Of a DNA stretch of 64,000 nucleotides, positions 24,001 through 34,649 are shown piece by piece; position 1 is the stretch's first letter; every line of letters begins with the position of its first letter. The stretch is from Squalus acanthias (Eukaryota): the NCBI GenBank assembly GCA_030390025.1, contig CM059431.1:151034001-151098000 (forward strand), given 5' to 3'. The notes beneath the pieces were generated by a model. The model had not been told where the DNA came from. It made no database searches and saw only the letters and a list, made by a program, of their open reading frames with translations. The position numbers and the translations under genes are program-made.

Positions 24001-27000
24001 CCCTGGGTCTCTATTCCCATGGGCCCCTTCTCCCCTGGGTCTCTATTCCCCTGGGTCTCTTTTCCCTGGGTCTCTTTTCCCTGTGTCTCTATTCTCATGG
24101 GTCCCTTTTCCCCTGGGTCTCTTTTCCCCTGCGATTCTTTCCCCTGCGTCTCTTTTCCCCTGGGTTTTTTTTCCACTGGTTCTCTTTCCCCCTCTGTCTC
24201 ATTCCCCTTTGTCTCCTTCCCCTGTATCTCTTTCCCCTGGGTAACTTTTCCCCTGGCTCTCTTTTCCCCTGGGTCACTTTCCCCTTCGTCTCTTTTCCAC
24301 TGGGTATCTTTCCTGTGGATCTCATTTACCTGTGTCTCATTCCCCTGGGTTTCGATCCCCTGGGTCTCTTTTCCCCTGGGTCTCTATTCCCCAGGGTCCT
24401 TTTCCCCTGGGTGTCTTTTTTCCAGGCTCTCTTTTCCCCTGGGTCTCATTTCCCCTGGGTCTCTTTCCCCTGAGTCTCTTTCCCCTGGGTCGCTTTTGCC
24501 CTGGGTCTCTTTCCCCTGGGTCTCATTTCCATGGTTTGCTTTTCCCCTGGATCTCTTTCCCCTGGGTTTCATATCCTCTGCTTTGCTTTTCCCCTGAGTC
24601 TCTTACCTCTGTGTCTCTTTTCCCTGGGTCTCCTTTCCCCTGCGTCTCTTTTCCCCAGGGTTTTTTTCTCCTGGGTCTCTTTTTCCGCTGGGTCTCTTTT
24701 CCACTTTATCTATTTTCCCCTGGGTGTCTTTACCCTGGGACTCTTTTCCCCTGGGTCTCTTTCCCCTGGTTATCTTTCCCCTGGGTCTCTCTTCCCCTTG
24801 ATCTCTTCCCCCTGCGTCTCTTTTCCACTGGGACTCTTTTCACTTGGTCTCTTTCCCCTGGGTCTCTTTCCCCTGCGTCTCATTTCCTCTCGGTCTCTTT
24901 CCCCTGGGTCTCTTTCCCCTGTGTCTCTTTTCCCTGTGTCTCTTTCCCCTGGGTCTCTTTTCCCTGGGTCTCTTTCCCCTGGGTCTCTTTTCCCCTGTGT
25001 ATCTTTCCCCTGGATCTCATTTCCTCTGCGTTACTTTTCCCCTGTGTATCTTTCCCCTGGGACTCATTTCCACTGTGTCTCTTTTCAATTGGTCTGCATT
25101 CCCCTGGTTCTCTTTCCCCTGTGTCTCGTTTCCCCTTGGTCTCTTTTCCACAGGATCTCTGTTCCCTGGGCCTCATTCCCTTGGTCTCTTTTCCCCTGGG
25201 TCTCTTTTCCCCTGGGTCTCTTTTCCCCTGGGTCTCTTTTCCCCTGGGTCTCTTTCCCCTGGGTCTCTTTCCCCCTAGCTCTCATTACCCTGGTTCTCTT
25301 TCCCCTGGGTGTCTTTTCCCTGTGTCTCTTTCCCCGGGTCTCTTTCCCCTCAGTCCATTTTCCACTGGTTCTCTTTCCCCTGGGTCTATTTTCCCCTGGG
25401 TCTCTTTTCCCCTCGGTATCATTCCCCTGGATCTCTTTTCCCCTTGGTCTCTTTCCCCATGGTCTCTTTTCCCCTGGGACTCTACCACCCTCTGTCTCAT
25501 TCGCCCCTGCGTCTCTTTCCCCTGTATCTGTTTCCCCTGTGTCTCCTTTCCCCAGGGTCTCATTTCCCCAGGGTTTCTGTACATCTGTGTCTCTTACCCC
25601 TGGGTCTCTTTTCCCCTGATCTATTTTCCCCTGGGTCTCTTTCCCCTGGGTCTCTTTCCCCTGGGTCTCTTTCCCCTGTGTCTCTTTCCCCTTGGTCTCT
25701 TTCCCCTGGGTCTCTTTCCCCTGTATCTCTTTCCCCTCGGTCTCTTTCCCCTGGGTCTCTTTTCCCCTGGGTCTCTTTTCCCTGGGTCTCTATTCCCCTG
25801 GGTCTCTATTCCCCTGGGTCTATTTTCCCTGGGTCTCTTTCCCCTGTATCTCTTTCCCCTGGGTCTCTTTCCCCTGGGTCTCTTTCCCCTGGGTCTCTTT
25901 TCCCTGGGTCTCTATTCCCCTGGGTCTCTTTTCCCCTGGATCTATTTTCCCTGGGTCCCTTTCCCCTGGGTCTCTTTTCCCTGGGTCTCTATTCCCATGG
26001 GTCCCTTTTCCCCTGGGTCTCTTTCCCCTGGGTCCCTTTTCCCCTGGGTCTCTATTCCCATGGGTCCCTTCTCCCCTGGGTCTCTATTCCCCTGGGTCTC
26101 TTTTCCCTGGGTCTCTTTTCCCTGGGTCTCTATTCCCATGGGTTCCTTTTCCCCTGGGTCTCTTTCCCCTGGGTCCCTTTTCCCCTGGGTCTCTATTCCC
26201 ATGGGCCCCTTCTCCCCTGGGTCTCTATTCCCCTGGGTCTCTTTTCCCTGGGTCTCTTTTCCCTGTGTCTCTATTCTCATGGGTCCCTTTTCCCCTGGGT
26301 CTCTTTTCCCCTGCGATTCTTTCCCCTGCGTCTCTTTTCCCCTGGGTTTTTTTTCCACTGGTTCTCTTTCCCCCTCTGTCTCATTCCCCTTTGTCTCCTT
26401 CCCCTGTATCTCTTTCCCCTGGGTAACTTTTCCCCTGGCTCTCTTTTCCCCTGGGTCACTTTCCCCTTCGTCTCTTTTCCACTGGGTATCTTTCCTGTGG
26501 ATCTCATTTACCTGTGTCTCATTCCCCTGGGTTTCGATCCCCTGGGTCTCTTTTCCCCTGGGTCTCTATTCCCCAGGGTCCTTTTCCCCTGGGTGTCTTT
26601 TTTCCAGGCTCTCTTTTCCCCTGGGTCTCATTTCCCCTGGGTCTCTTTCCCCTGAGTCTCTTTCCCCTGGGTCGCTTTTGCCCTGGGTCTCTTTCCCCTG
26701 GGTCTCATTTCCATGGTTTGCTTTTCCCCTGGATCTCTTTCCCCTGGGTTTCATATCCTCTGCTTTGCTTTTCCCCTGAGTCTCTTACCTCTGTGTCTCT
26801 TTTCCCTGGGTCTCCTTTCCCCTGCGTCTCTTTTCCCCAGGGTTTTTTTCTCCTGGGTCTCTTTTTCCGCTGGGTCTCTTTTCCACTTTATCTATTTTCC
26901 CCTGGGTGTCTTTACCCTGGGACTCTTTTCCCCTGGGTCTCTTTCCCCTGGTTATCTTTCCCCTGGGTCTCTCTTCCCCTTGATCTCTTCCCCCTGCGTC

Positions 27001-27170
27001 TCTTTTCCACTGGGACTCTTTTCACTTGGTCTCTTTCCCCTGGGTCTCTTTCCCCTGCGTCTCATTTCCTCTCGGTCTCTTTCCCCTGGGTCACTTTCCC
27101 CTCGGTCTCTTTTCTCCTAGTTCTCTTTTCCCCTGATTCTCTTTCCACTGGGTCTCTTTTACCCTGGGTC
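1..27170 (+). repeat. 15/16-bp satellite array, consensus TTTCCCCTGGGTCTC(T), roughly 1700-1800 degenerate units, runs off the left window edge
   Basis: Continuous repetition of cccctgggtctcttt(t) with point variants and strong T/C strand skew. It ends abruptly at about 27170 (…accctgggtctctccaccagtaatg), where the 26-bp array starts. Unit count is length divided by ~15.5. Confidence 0.98.
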
Positions 27171-28460
27171 TCTCCACCAGTAATGTTAGACTATGTTCAC
27201 CAACAGTAATATTAGAGTGGGGTCAGGACTAGTAATTATATTGTCGAGCCACCGCCGGTAAAGTTAGAGAAGTGTAATCACCAGTTATGTAAGAGTGGGA
27301 TCACCAGCTTTAATGTTAGTGTAGGGTCACCACCAGTTTTGTTAATGGAAGATCACCACAAGTAATGTTAGAATAGGGTCACCACCAGTAATGTTAGAGT
27401 CGCGTCACCACCAGTAATGTTAGTGTACAGTCACTACCAGTAACGATAGATTAGATTCAGCAGCGGTAATGTTAGAAAAGATTCACCACCAGTAATGTTA
27501 GAGTAGACTAAACTCCAGTAACGTGAGACTAACCAACAGTAATGTTAGAGTGCGGTCACAACCAATAATGTTAGAGTATTGTCACAGTCAGTAATGTTGG
27601 ACTCGTGTCAACACCAGTAATGTTATTGTACAGTCACCGCAATTAACGTTAGAATAGGATCACCACCACATATATTAGAGTAGGGTCAATACGAGCAATG
27701 TTACTGTAGAGTCACCACCAGTAATGTTAGAGTGGAATCATCCCAGTACTGTTAATTTAAGGTCACCAGCAGTAATGTTAGGGTAGGGTCAATACCAGCA
27801 AAGTTACACTAGAGTCACCACCAGCAATGTTTGATTAGAGTCACCACCAGTATTGTTAGATTAGCGTCAGTACAGGTAATGTTCGAATAGGGTCACCATC
27901 AATAATGTTAGAATAGAGCCAGCACCAGTAATGTTAGAGTACGTTCACCACCAGTAATGATAGAGTAGATTCACCAACAGCAATGTTAGAGTGCAGTCAA
28001 CGGCTGTAAGTCATGAGTAGAGTCACCACACGTAATGTGAGAGTAGGGTCACTTCTAGTAATGTTAGAGCAGGATCATCACCTCTAATGTTCGTGTAGGG
28101 TCTTCATCAATAATCTTCAATTGAGTCATGACCAGTACTGTTAGAGTAGGTTCACCACCTGTAATTGCCGAGCAGAGCCACCACCAGTAATGTTACAATA
28201 GGGTCATCAGCAGTAATCTTACTGTCGGATCACCACCAGTAATATTAGAGTTGACACATCACCATTAATGTTAGATGTTGGCCAATACCAGTAATATTAG
28301 TGTAGGATCACCACCAGTAATATTAGAGTAGAATCATCACCATTAATGTTAGATGTTGGCCAATACCAGTAATATTAGTGTAGGATCACCACCAGTAATA
28401 TTAGAGAAGGGTGACCACCAGTAATGTTAGGGCAGAGTCATCAACAGTAACGTTAAAGCG
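27171..28460 (+). repeat. 26-bp tandem array, consensus GTCACCACCAGTAATGTTAGAGTAGG, ~50 units
   Basis: Head-to-tail units, e.g. gtcaccaccagtaatgttagagtcgc / gtcaccaccagtaatgttagtgtaca at 27378-27429. No unique spacers. Confidence 0.96.
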
Positions 28461-28464
28461 TTAC

Positions 28465-28836
28465 TTATGTAATGGATGAGAGAAGATTTCACCAAATTAT
28501 GTGAGGCCCTGAGAAGCTAACACAGGGTCTTGGAGAGATGTTCCCTTCAGGGTTCACATGGCTGGCGTAGAGCACATTCCCTCTGGAATTAACTCCCTTT
28601 CATTGTTTTTAATGGACGGAGTTTCATGGACTCAGCTGTACAATTTCCCCATTGGGCGCACTGAAGCGGAAAATCGCCCGTTGTTTGTTAAGTGGCTGTA
28701 CCTAAGTTCAATTATTGTGGAACCTGATTTTCTCGCCAGGGCACGGATTGTTCTATAAAGGGGGAGCATTTACGGATCTCAGATACAAGCCAGTCGGAAC
28801 TGTAAAGCAGGACAGAATTCACACAGTCTTCTAAAA
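28465..28836 (+). promoter_or_regulatory. Putative proximal promoter and 5'UTR of GPCR copy 1 (TATAAA at 28754-28759)
   Basis: Colinear with 57087-57441. Shares ttctataaagggggagcattt 83 bp upstream of the ATG (82 bp in copy 3) and caatttccccattgg (reverse CCAAT). Confidence 0.7.
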
Positions 28837-31285
28837 ATGGCATTGCCAATAATTCTACAGATAAAGGACATATACTACCATTTTCTTGCAGTCATTGGTG
28901 TTCTCGGTATGTCAATGCATCCTGTTGTTTAATAGTTGTTGACGATCTCACTGTTAATGATTATGAAACAGATTCCGTGAAGATCATTTATCTATTAGGA
29001 TAATTTGGTGAATATCAGCCGGAGTCCTACCAGCCCGCGCGGCCGGTTAGGCGCCATTCTGGCCGGCAGATCTTGGGCACGGGGCACTCAACTTTCCTCT
29101 CTACACTGAAGGAGGGCGAGGCTGATTCCCCGGCCCCTCCAGCAGTACATAGTCCAGTAAAGAATGTGTTGCTTAGTGTCCAAAGTATTTATTTCATTTG
29201 TCCCGTGGTTCCCTGTCTATTTTAAGTTGATAATTGCTCGGCCTGCTGCTACCTCCACCCAACAGCTGAATGTTTTATTGAGTCCATATATTTCCAGTAA
29301 TTGCTGCGAAATTATATTTAACCACTGCCTTAAGTATGGTGGAAGGGATTCGGATTTTGAGTCCCTCTATATTGAATATTAAATGTTTAATTGCTCATAA
29401 ATCATTTTTTTAATATATATATAAATGACCTGGATATTGGAATACAGGGTAGAATTTCTAAATTTGCTGATGACACCAAACTTGGGGGTGTGGTAAACAG
29501 TAGCTGCAACAGGACATTGAAAGGCTAGCAGAATGGGCAGACAAGTGGCAGATGGAATTTAATACAGAGAAGTGTGAGGTGATGCATTTTGGCAGAAGGA
29601 ACAGAGAGAGGCAAATTACACTCAATGGCACAGTTTTAAAGAGTAAGCAGGGACAGAGAGTCCTTGGAGTTAATGTACATAGGTCCCTGAAGGTGGCAGG
29701 ACATTTTGAGGGTGTTATTGACAAAATATATGGCATCTTGGGCTTCATAAATAGAGGTATTCAGTACAAAAGTCGAGAAGTTATGCTGAACTTTTATAAA
29801 GCGCTGGTTCGGCCACAACTGGAGTATTGTGTCCAGTTCTGCTCACCTCACGTTAAGAAGGATGTGAATGCTCTCAAGCGGGTGCAGATGAGATTTACCA
29901 GTAGCTGGATTTTGTTTTCATTGGAACAAAGGCGGTTGCGGGGTGATTTGATAGAGGTGTACAAGATTATGAAGGTGTTTGTTAGGCTAGACGGGGAAAG
30001 GCTGTTCCCACTACTTGATGGTACAAGGACTAGGGGACCCAGATTTAAGGTTTTGGGCAACAGATACAGGGGTTGTGAGGAAAAACTTTTTTACCCAGTG
30101 AGTGATGGTGACCTGGAATTCCCTGCCGACGGAAGTGGTGGAAGCGGAGACACTCAATGTTTTCAAGGGGAGACTGGATAGGCATTTGAGGGTAATAATC
30201 TTGCACATCTACGGGGATAGAGCGGGGGAATGGGACTGGCCAGATTGATCTACAGAGAGCCGGCACGGACTCGACGGGCCGAATGGCCTCCTTCTGTACC
30301 GTTATGACTCTACGATTCATTGACTCCTCAACGCTCGCCTATATGGCAAAACAATCAGTGAACGTAACGCTAAGTAGGGACACATCTGAGCATTCCACCA
30401 CAATAAGCTGTGAGGTTTATTCGAGTGTCCCCGTTACTAAACTCTTCTCCTTCCTTCTTACAGTGAACCTACTGACAATCCTGATTCTCTGCAGAGGAAA
30501 TTGCGGCCTTTCCAAATGTATCTCAGTCTACATGGTGTCCATGGCGACAGCAGATCTACTGGTCATCATCTTCCATATACTGGTGTTTCAGATTTTCTAT
30601 TACCACTTTCCACATTCATTTCTGTCCTACACTGCCGTGTGTAAATCCATTCATTACATCAATACTGTCACCCTGGATATGTCGGTATGGTTTACAGCCT
30701 CGTTCACCTTTAACTGTCACTGTGCTGGTCTGTATCGAGAATATCCCTTTCCTTTCTCATATGAACCTCAACGAATGTTTCCTGGGGTTGCCGCTCCAAT
30801 GTAGCATTTATGTCATCCCCTGCAGGAATAGCCGCCTTTCGCTTTCAAGCTATTTTATTTCCATGGTTTAATGTTGCTTAGATATTATTGTTTAATTGTT
30901 TAACAGTCAGACGAATTGTTGAAAGCAGTAGGGCCCGCAGGCGACTCCGGGGTCACAGCAGTGAGAATCAGAGCGATCCAGAGATGGAGAGCCGGAGGAA
31001 ATCCATCATTTTGCTGTTCACTGTATCGGGCAGTTTTATACTCTTGTGGATGACAGCTACCTTGAGTATTTTCACGGACAGCCTGGCCGTTTATTACAAA
31101 GGTGAATATGAAGTCCCTGAATACATGCTGGCTGAAAGCGGATATATGATCATGTATTTGAGTTCCTGTACAAATCACCTGCATTTATGCAGCGACCCAA
31201 TCCAAATTCAGGGCAAGAGTTGGTGAAGTTGCTGAAATCCCCTTGGACATTGATTCTGATATTGGTTAATAAAATGAAGAATTAA
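28837..31285 (+). pseudogene. GPR139-like class A GPCR pseudogene, copy 1; exons 28837-28906 and 30464-31285
   Basis: Exon 1 reads MALPIILQIKDIYYHFLAVIGVL, then a GT donor. After the ttacag acceptor it reads VNLLTILILCRGNCGLSKC…MATADLLV. Lesions relative to paralogs: ~77-bp deletion near 30709 removing the DRF motif, a 1-bp and a 10-bp deletion near 30750-30777, an in-frame TAG at ~30878 and a 1-bp insertion in NTCIY at ~31175. Confidence 0.9.
29407..30316 (+). mobile_element. 5'-truncated CR1-clade LINE (RT C-terminus and 3'UTR) inserted in the intron of GPCR copy 1
   Basis: Encodes INDL…ISKFADDTKL and MEFNTEKCEVMHFG…LVRPQLEYCVQF…RRLRGDLIEVYKIM, ending in the CR1 3' motif gggccgaatggcctccttctgt. 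Absent from the homologous intron position in copies 2 and 3. Confidence 0.92.
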
Positions 31286-31486
31286 ACAATAGTTTCCTGT
31301 CCTAACTAGAGCTCAATTACAGCCCATGTTCCGTTTTAGAATACAATCTTTCCCTTGGGACAAAAGCCGACTGTTCTTGTGAAAATGAACAGATTTTAGT
31401 AAATATTTCTCCAACATTTTTGTAATTTTGTAATCTTGGTCTGAATGTTGCAGGTGCTGGACTCCCCATGAGACTCCGCCCCCCAT

Positions 31487-31584
31487 TGTCTCCTGGACCA
31501 ATAGAACGGGGCCATGTCTCCTGATCAGTGTCTAATGATGGAGACAGTAGGAACTTGACTCGTCAATGTGACATTAGACATCTT
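31487..31584 (+). other. Conserved non-coding element downstream of GPCR copy 1
   Basis: 95/98 identical to 59659-59756 by manual alignment. Confidence 0.8.
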
Positions 31585-31659
31585 TGTCCACAGATATGTA
31601 CTGAAAACCTCAAATGATTATCAAAAGTTTGGAATGTTTTAGGAGGGGAAAAGACTGTT

Positions 31660-31980
31660 TAACCCAAACAGTCCTTCTCAGCGTTTACCCTCCAGCCGAG
31701 CAAATCGTTCCAATCACTTTACCCGATCGGTCTCAACATCACTTCAATCTAATTTTGTTCATCCATCCATAAAGCGTAATCTTCAACATTGACATAATTT
31801 CAGCCTTCACCAGTTCCACAGTTTCACCACCCTCCATGTAAATAGGAGTCACCGACAGTCCGTTCTAAATCTCTTCAATCCAATATTTAATCTATAGCCT
31901 TTAGTTATACCTCACGCAAGTATTGGCAGCAGTCTGCTTCTTTCTCTCCTGCCACGTCCCTTCTTAACTGTAATAACCTG
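31660..31980 (-). mobile_element. Ancient, highly decayed CR1-like 3' fragment shared with 59820-60125
   Basis: Degenerate ttccacag…caccctc…gttctaaat…tttaatct motif order typical of a reverse-strand CR1 3' end. Same position relative to both + strand GPCR copies. Confidence 0.5.
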
Positions 31981-32286
31981 GGCACAACTCGCCAAAATAC
32001 CAATGTCGTATCAATTCACAATCTAGTGCAAGTCAGGTAAGTTTAGTTAAGATCGTTGAATTGATTGATTTCTCTTGGCGGTTACATCGAATTATATAGG
32101 GTATACAGCACAGAAGCAGGCCATTCGGCCCATCCAGTCCGTGCTGGCTTTTATGCTCCACTCGAGCCTCCTCCCGTCTTTTCTCATCTAACTCTATCAG
32201 CATAACCATCTATTCCCTCCTCCCTCATATGATTATCTAGCCTCCCTTTTGATGTGCCTATACTGTTCGCTTCAACCACTCCCTCT

Positions 32287-32417
32287 GCGGGCGCGCAGCA
32301 GGAGAGGCCCAGGAGCAGAAGAGTCCGGACCTCGGGAGCACTCAGGCTGAGGGAGTACATTGTTTCCCGATAGGAGGCATCCGCACGCAGGAAGCCTCCT
32401 ATCGGAAATTACGGGCC
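32287..32417. mobile_element. GC-rich terminal fragment of a probable non-autonomous DNA transposon inside the CR1
   Basis: Interrupts CR1 homology. Ends in ggaaattacgggcc, resembling the right end of the 33888-34649 element, and carries the inverted repeat ccgataggaggc/gcctcctatcgg. Confidence 0.5.
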
Positions 32418-33887
32418 ACTCTCTCTGTGTCTACTTTATCAAAACCTTTCCTAATTTTAATAACCTCTATTACATCTCCCTTCAGACTTCTCTTTTCAAG
32501 AGAAAATAGGCCAGCCTGTTTATCCTTTCCTGATAGGTTTACCCTCGCATTTCTGGTATCATCCTTGAAAATCATTTTTGCACCCTCTCCTGTGCGACTA
32601 TATTCTTTTTATAATGTGCATCGCTAGTTTAAGTGATTGTGCATTTATAATACGTGATCCTTTGGCTCTTCAATCTCATTTCGATTTTTACTTCCCAAGT
32701 AATATGTGACCTCCTTATTTTTCTGACCGAAATATAATACCTCACAATTATCTGTGTTGAAATTCATTTGCCAGTTTTCTGCCATTCTGCAAGTTCATTA
32801 ATGTCTTCTCGTAATTTGTTGCATTCCTCCTCAGTATTGACTATCCTCCCCCACCGCCTCAATTTGGTTTCATCCGCCGATTTAGAAATTGCGTTTTCGA
32901 TTCCAAAGTCTAAATCGTTAACATAAATTGTGAACAACGATGGTCCCAGCGCTGATCATTGTGGGAGCCCACTTTCCACCAATTACCACTCTGAATAGCT
33001 GTGCTTTACCCCTACTCTCTGTTTTTGTCTTGAAGCCAGCTAGCAATCGTTTCTGCTACCTGTCCCCTGATTGGTCCTTCTCTGAGCTTTTTCATTAGTC
33101 TATTAAGTGGTACCTTATCGACGGCCTTTTGGAAATCTAGGTAAATTTCATCTACTACTTTACCCTTGTCAACGCTCTCTGTTACGTCTTCAAAAATTCA
33201 ATGAAGTTGGTAAAGCAAGTCTTTTCCTTTTGAACTCCATACTGACTATTCATTGTTATATTTTTGGCTTCGAGATGTTCTATTTCCTCCTTTAGTAGGC
33301 ATTCCATTATTTTTGTTCCCATCGATGTTAAGCTGACTGTTTCTCTGGACGTGTTCTATCTCCCTTCTTAAATATAGGAATTATGTTAGCTATCTGCCAG
33401 TTCTCTTGCAGTATACCTTTTTTCCAATGAATTATTAAATATGTGTAATAGTGCCTCTGCTGTCGCTTCCCTAGATTCTTTTAAAATGTGCAAATGTATT
33501 TTGTCTGGAGTAGGGGTTTTACCCTCTTTGTGTTTGATTAGTCCATTTCTCCTCCTTTTATTTTAACTGTGGTGACATCATTTCTAATCTCATCTTCCGA
33601 TATCATGTCTATCTGATCTGTCTTTCTGGTAAACACTGAAGCAAAGTAATTGTTTAATATTTCTGCCATTTTGCTTTTGCTGTCTGTGATTTTATTAATG
33701 ACCCTATTCCCATTCTGAATGACCTTTTGTTCTTTATGTGCCCGTAGAATATTTTACAATTTTGTTTAATGTTCCTTGATAATTTAATTTCATAGTTCCT
33801 CTTTGCCTTCCTATTTTTTTTTACTTCTCTTCTAATCTCTTGGTATTCTCCCTAGGCACGCTCTCCCCTGTTTTCAATGTACTTATT

Positions 33888-34649
33888 GGGCCAGACATTC
33901 GGCTCTCCAGGCTTCCTGCGGGTGCAAGCATTGCGCGCGTAATTACCTACCGCTGCCATTGTGCTTCGGGCCCACGAGGAATTCGGGTCCTGGGCCTCCT
34001 GCAGCTGCCGGCGCGCAGTGCTTGCATATCCCAGGGGCGCAGTTAGTTCAATGCCGCCCCTGGGATCACGTGGGCCATGGAGAGCCAATCGTAGCAGGGA
34101 ATTTTCCATTCATAGATTTGACAGGAAGAACTGTCAAATCTATGAATAGAAATCGGCCCCAAAACCACACTAAAACTTCAAATAAATAAAAGAAAACATC
34201 TCATTTTTAAAATAACTATAAGTTACATAAATTAACTACATTAAACAAAAATTTAATTTTTGAAAAAATTTAGTACACTTTTTAATGATGCTAAAAATAA
34301 ACTTACCTTTCTTCAAAGTATGTAAAAAAGATAAACCTGTTGAAAAAATGTTTAAATTCTACTTAATTAACCACTTACCTTGTTAAAAACGGGCCTTGCG
34401 GCTCCTTTTCAAATGCGCAGCTTCTCCATACCTACCCGCACAGAGAAACCTGAAAAGAAAACCGAAGTTCGCTGCGTGCGCGCTGCCCCTTCCCGCGCAC
34501 GCATTTGACTTCTGAACCCCTTCCTTCAGGGGAACGGAAGTTCCGGTTTCCAGCGCATGCGCAGTGCATGCGTGAAACCGGCACTTCAGGTGGCCTTGCG
34601 GGTGAGTACACAGCGTGCACTCACCCGCGGAGAGCCGAATTTCTGGGCC
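33888..34649. mobile_element. 762-bp non-autonomous TIR DNA element (MITE-like, possibly PIF/Harbinger)
   Basis: Left end gggccagacattcggctctcc versus reverse complement of the right end ggcccagaaattcggctctcc (19/21). Flanks are att and aat. GC-rich arms surround an AT-rich core, and CR1 homology resumes on both sides. Confidence 0.8.

Noticed and set aside
118..27209. Hundreds of long ORFs (up to 891 aa; LFPLG, WVSFP, SPGSL, KETQG repeats)
   Set aside because: These result from a stop-poor 15-bp repeat that is open in all frames on both strands, with frames switching at every 16-bp unit. No evidence of a real protein.
27171..28460. 26-bp arrays (also 54445-57050) as CRISPR arrays
   Set aside because: Units are head-to-tail with no unique spacers, there are no cas genes, and the context is vertebrate.
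30283..30804. 173-aa ORF as a LINE-GPCR fusion protein
   Set aside because: Chance read-through from the CR1 3'UTR across intron sequence into a frameshifted pseudo-exon.
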